Assembly: GCF_001194135.2 (NCBI RefSeq)
Contig: NC_068988.1
Coordinates: forward strand, 96,857,819-96,921,818
Direction of reading: 5' to 3'
DNA length: 64,000 nucleotides
Source of the DNA: Octopus bimaculoides
Taxonomy: Eukaryota
The translations under genes and the position numbers were made by a program. Shown here piece by piece: positions 62,280 to 64,000 of this stretch. Under the pieces are notes generated by a model. That model did no database searches. It saw only the letters and a list, made by a program, of their open reading frames with translations, and was not told the origin of the DNA. The first letter of the stretch is position 1. Each line of letters opens with the position of its first letter.

Positions 62280-62615
62280 ACAGTTTTGGGTTCTGTCCCA
62301 CTACACAGCACCTTGGGCAATTATCTTTTATTATAACCCTGGGCTGATCAATGCCTTATGAGTAAATGGAAACTGTGCAGTCTGTCTCTGTCTACCTATC
62401 TTTCTGTGTGTCTTTGGGTCTGTGTGTGTCTCCACCACCACTTGACAACCAGTGTTGGTTTGTTTATGTCCCTGTGACATAGTGGTTCAGCAGAAGTGAA
62501 TGACCGAATAAGTACCAGATTTAATAAATAAATAAATCCTTGGATTGATTTGTTTGACTAAAATTCTTGAAGATGATGATGCAGCATGGCCAGAGTTCAG
62601 TGACCGAAACAAGTG
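62280..62615 (+). mobile_element. SINE family C (diverged)
   Basis: Head and 3' segment align with 21165-21572. Confidence 0.7.
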
Positions 62616-63320
62616 AGACACAAGATAAAGGGCAGAGGAGAAAGGGAAACACTCAAATCCAATTTCAGGGTCCACAAAAGACCAGAGACTTGGCTAGAAT
62701 ACCTAGAACACAGTGGTCTCCACCCAAGGCCCACTAGAATGCAGTTAAAGACAGAAAGAATCTCTTCATTGGACATTCAGTCAGTGTCAGTCTCTGAAAC
62801 ATCACTCGTAAAGCTTTTGTGAATTCAAGGATGTGATTCAGTAAGTGAATTGATGTGTTCTGTTAAGATTTCAGACCTTTACTGTCAGATTAGAGAAGAT
62901 GAGATGTTAACCAACTGTTGTTAAGTAAATAGCTGCCTAAACTTAAAATTTTCTTTAAAATATCTGAAAAGTGGATTTTTGCAATTTTCAGTTGACAGTT
63001 TTTTTTTTTACATGGTCTGAGTGAAAAGAATTGATCTTTAGTGTCTGAGGGACTCGAGACAAAAGGGATGAAGAAACGTACTTTCCAAGATATGGTATCA
63101 AACCTATTTGGAATGATTTGCTCTTAAAAATAAAAGAAATTCAATATTTTGAAAATTTCAGAAATTGCTTAAATATTTAAAGGACATTAAAATCTGACTG
63201 GTATCAGCTGTTGAGCTCAAATTTTCAGGAATTACTCTTATTATGAATACAAACAATTGGTGTAAATTTGAAGAAAATCTAAGAGTCTTTGCAACGGGCC
63301 CTTGTTGAATTTTACTGGTA

Positions 63321-63715
63321 TGACTGGCTCCCATGCTGGTAGCACGTAAAAAGCACCATCCGAATGTGGTTGATGCCAGGTCCACCTGACTGGCTCTCGT
63401 GCTGGTGGCATGTAAAAAGCACCATCTGAGCGTGGCCAATACCAGTAACCCCTGACTGGTTGCCATGCTGGTGGCACGTAAAAAGTACTCTCTGAATGTG
63501 ATCGATGCCAGGCCTGCCTGACTGGCTCCTGTGCCGGTGGTATGTAAAAAGCACCCACTACACTCTTGGAGTGGTTGGTGTTAGGAAGGGCATCCAGCTG
63601 TAGAAACACTGCCAGATCAACTTGGAGCCTGGTGCAGCCATCTGGTTCACCAGACCTCAGTCAAACCATCCAACCCATGCCAGCATGGAAAACAGACATT
63701 AAATGATGATGAGGA
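63321..63715 (+). mobile_element. SINE family B with four 66-bp tandem units
   Basis: tgactgg units at 63321, 63387, 63453, 63519, then SINE body and gat tail. Confidence 0.82.
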
Positions 63716-63885
63716 TGAGGATACAAACACAAGTAAGCATATAGGTGCAAAACAAACTGGAAAGAATAGTACTCAAATACCAAAGCAGAGTAATTATCTT
63801 CATCACAACTGTCTGATGAGCAATCATGTGAAACTGTGAATAATCGTTTGTGAAGATTTTTTTCAGCTTTAATAAAAAGTGTGCC

Positions 63886-63939
<54 letters not shown>

Positions 63940-64000
63940 TAGATATGCAGGGCAGGGAATCGTCAATTAGTAATAAAATTAATCAAAAATATCGCTATCA

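Noticed and set aside
63321-63560. CRISPR-like array (conserved block plus variable spacer)
   Set aside because: The spacers are homologous to each other, the array is fused to a SINE body, the genome is eukaryotic and there are no cas genes.
58856-64000. Further ZNG1 exons (VDL..LDLHAF, CobW_C)
   Set aside because: Candidate acceptors near 60980, 60996 and 61642 give no homologous peptide; the remaining exons are probably beyond the window.

Overview
Eukaryotic, AT- and microsatellite-rich genomic DNA with four assembly gaps. The SINE families and simple-repeat landscape suggest a coleoid cephalopod, probably Octopus (inference from memory, not a database result). Four protein-coding genes were reconstructed by hand with GT-AG boundaries and consistent phases: (1) the 3' 13 exons of a latrophilin-like adhesion GPCR (+, 389-11241; GAIN/GPS plus 7TM; 5' end upstream of the window); (2) a complete 10-exon TRNAU1AP/SECp43 (-, 33533-22515, 328 aa); (3) ZDHHC16 with an uninterrupted CDS (+, 35806-36954), head-to-head with TRNAU1AP; (4) the first 9 coding exons of the zinc metallochaperone GTPase ZNG1/CBWD (+, 45681-58855; 3' exons not found in the window). 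The rest is SINEs, pogo/mariner/CR1-like remnants, fold-back elements and microsatellites. Best oddities: an 18-bp repeat that makes five identical copies of the ZNG1 exon-2 splice donor, with an in-frame stop after the first; a probable ZDHHC16 retrogene that may share a promoter with, or be nested in, ZNG1; a candidate solo LTR with promoter motifs and a hairpin in TRNAU1AP intron 1; a 221-bp near-identical core shared by two otherwise diverged repeats; a SINE tail shared with a zinc-knuckle retroelement; several long intronic hairpins. I found no convincing wholly new multi-gene system. All alignments were by eye and repeat boundaries are approximate.
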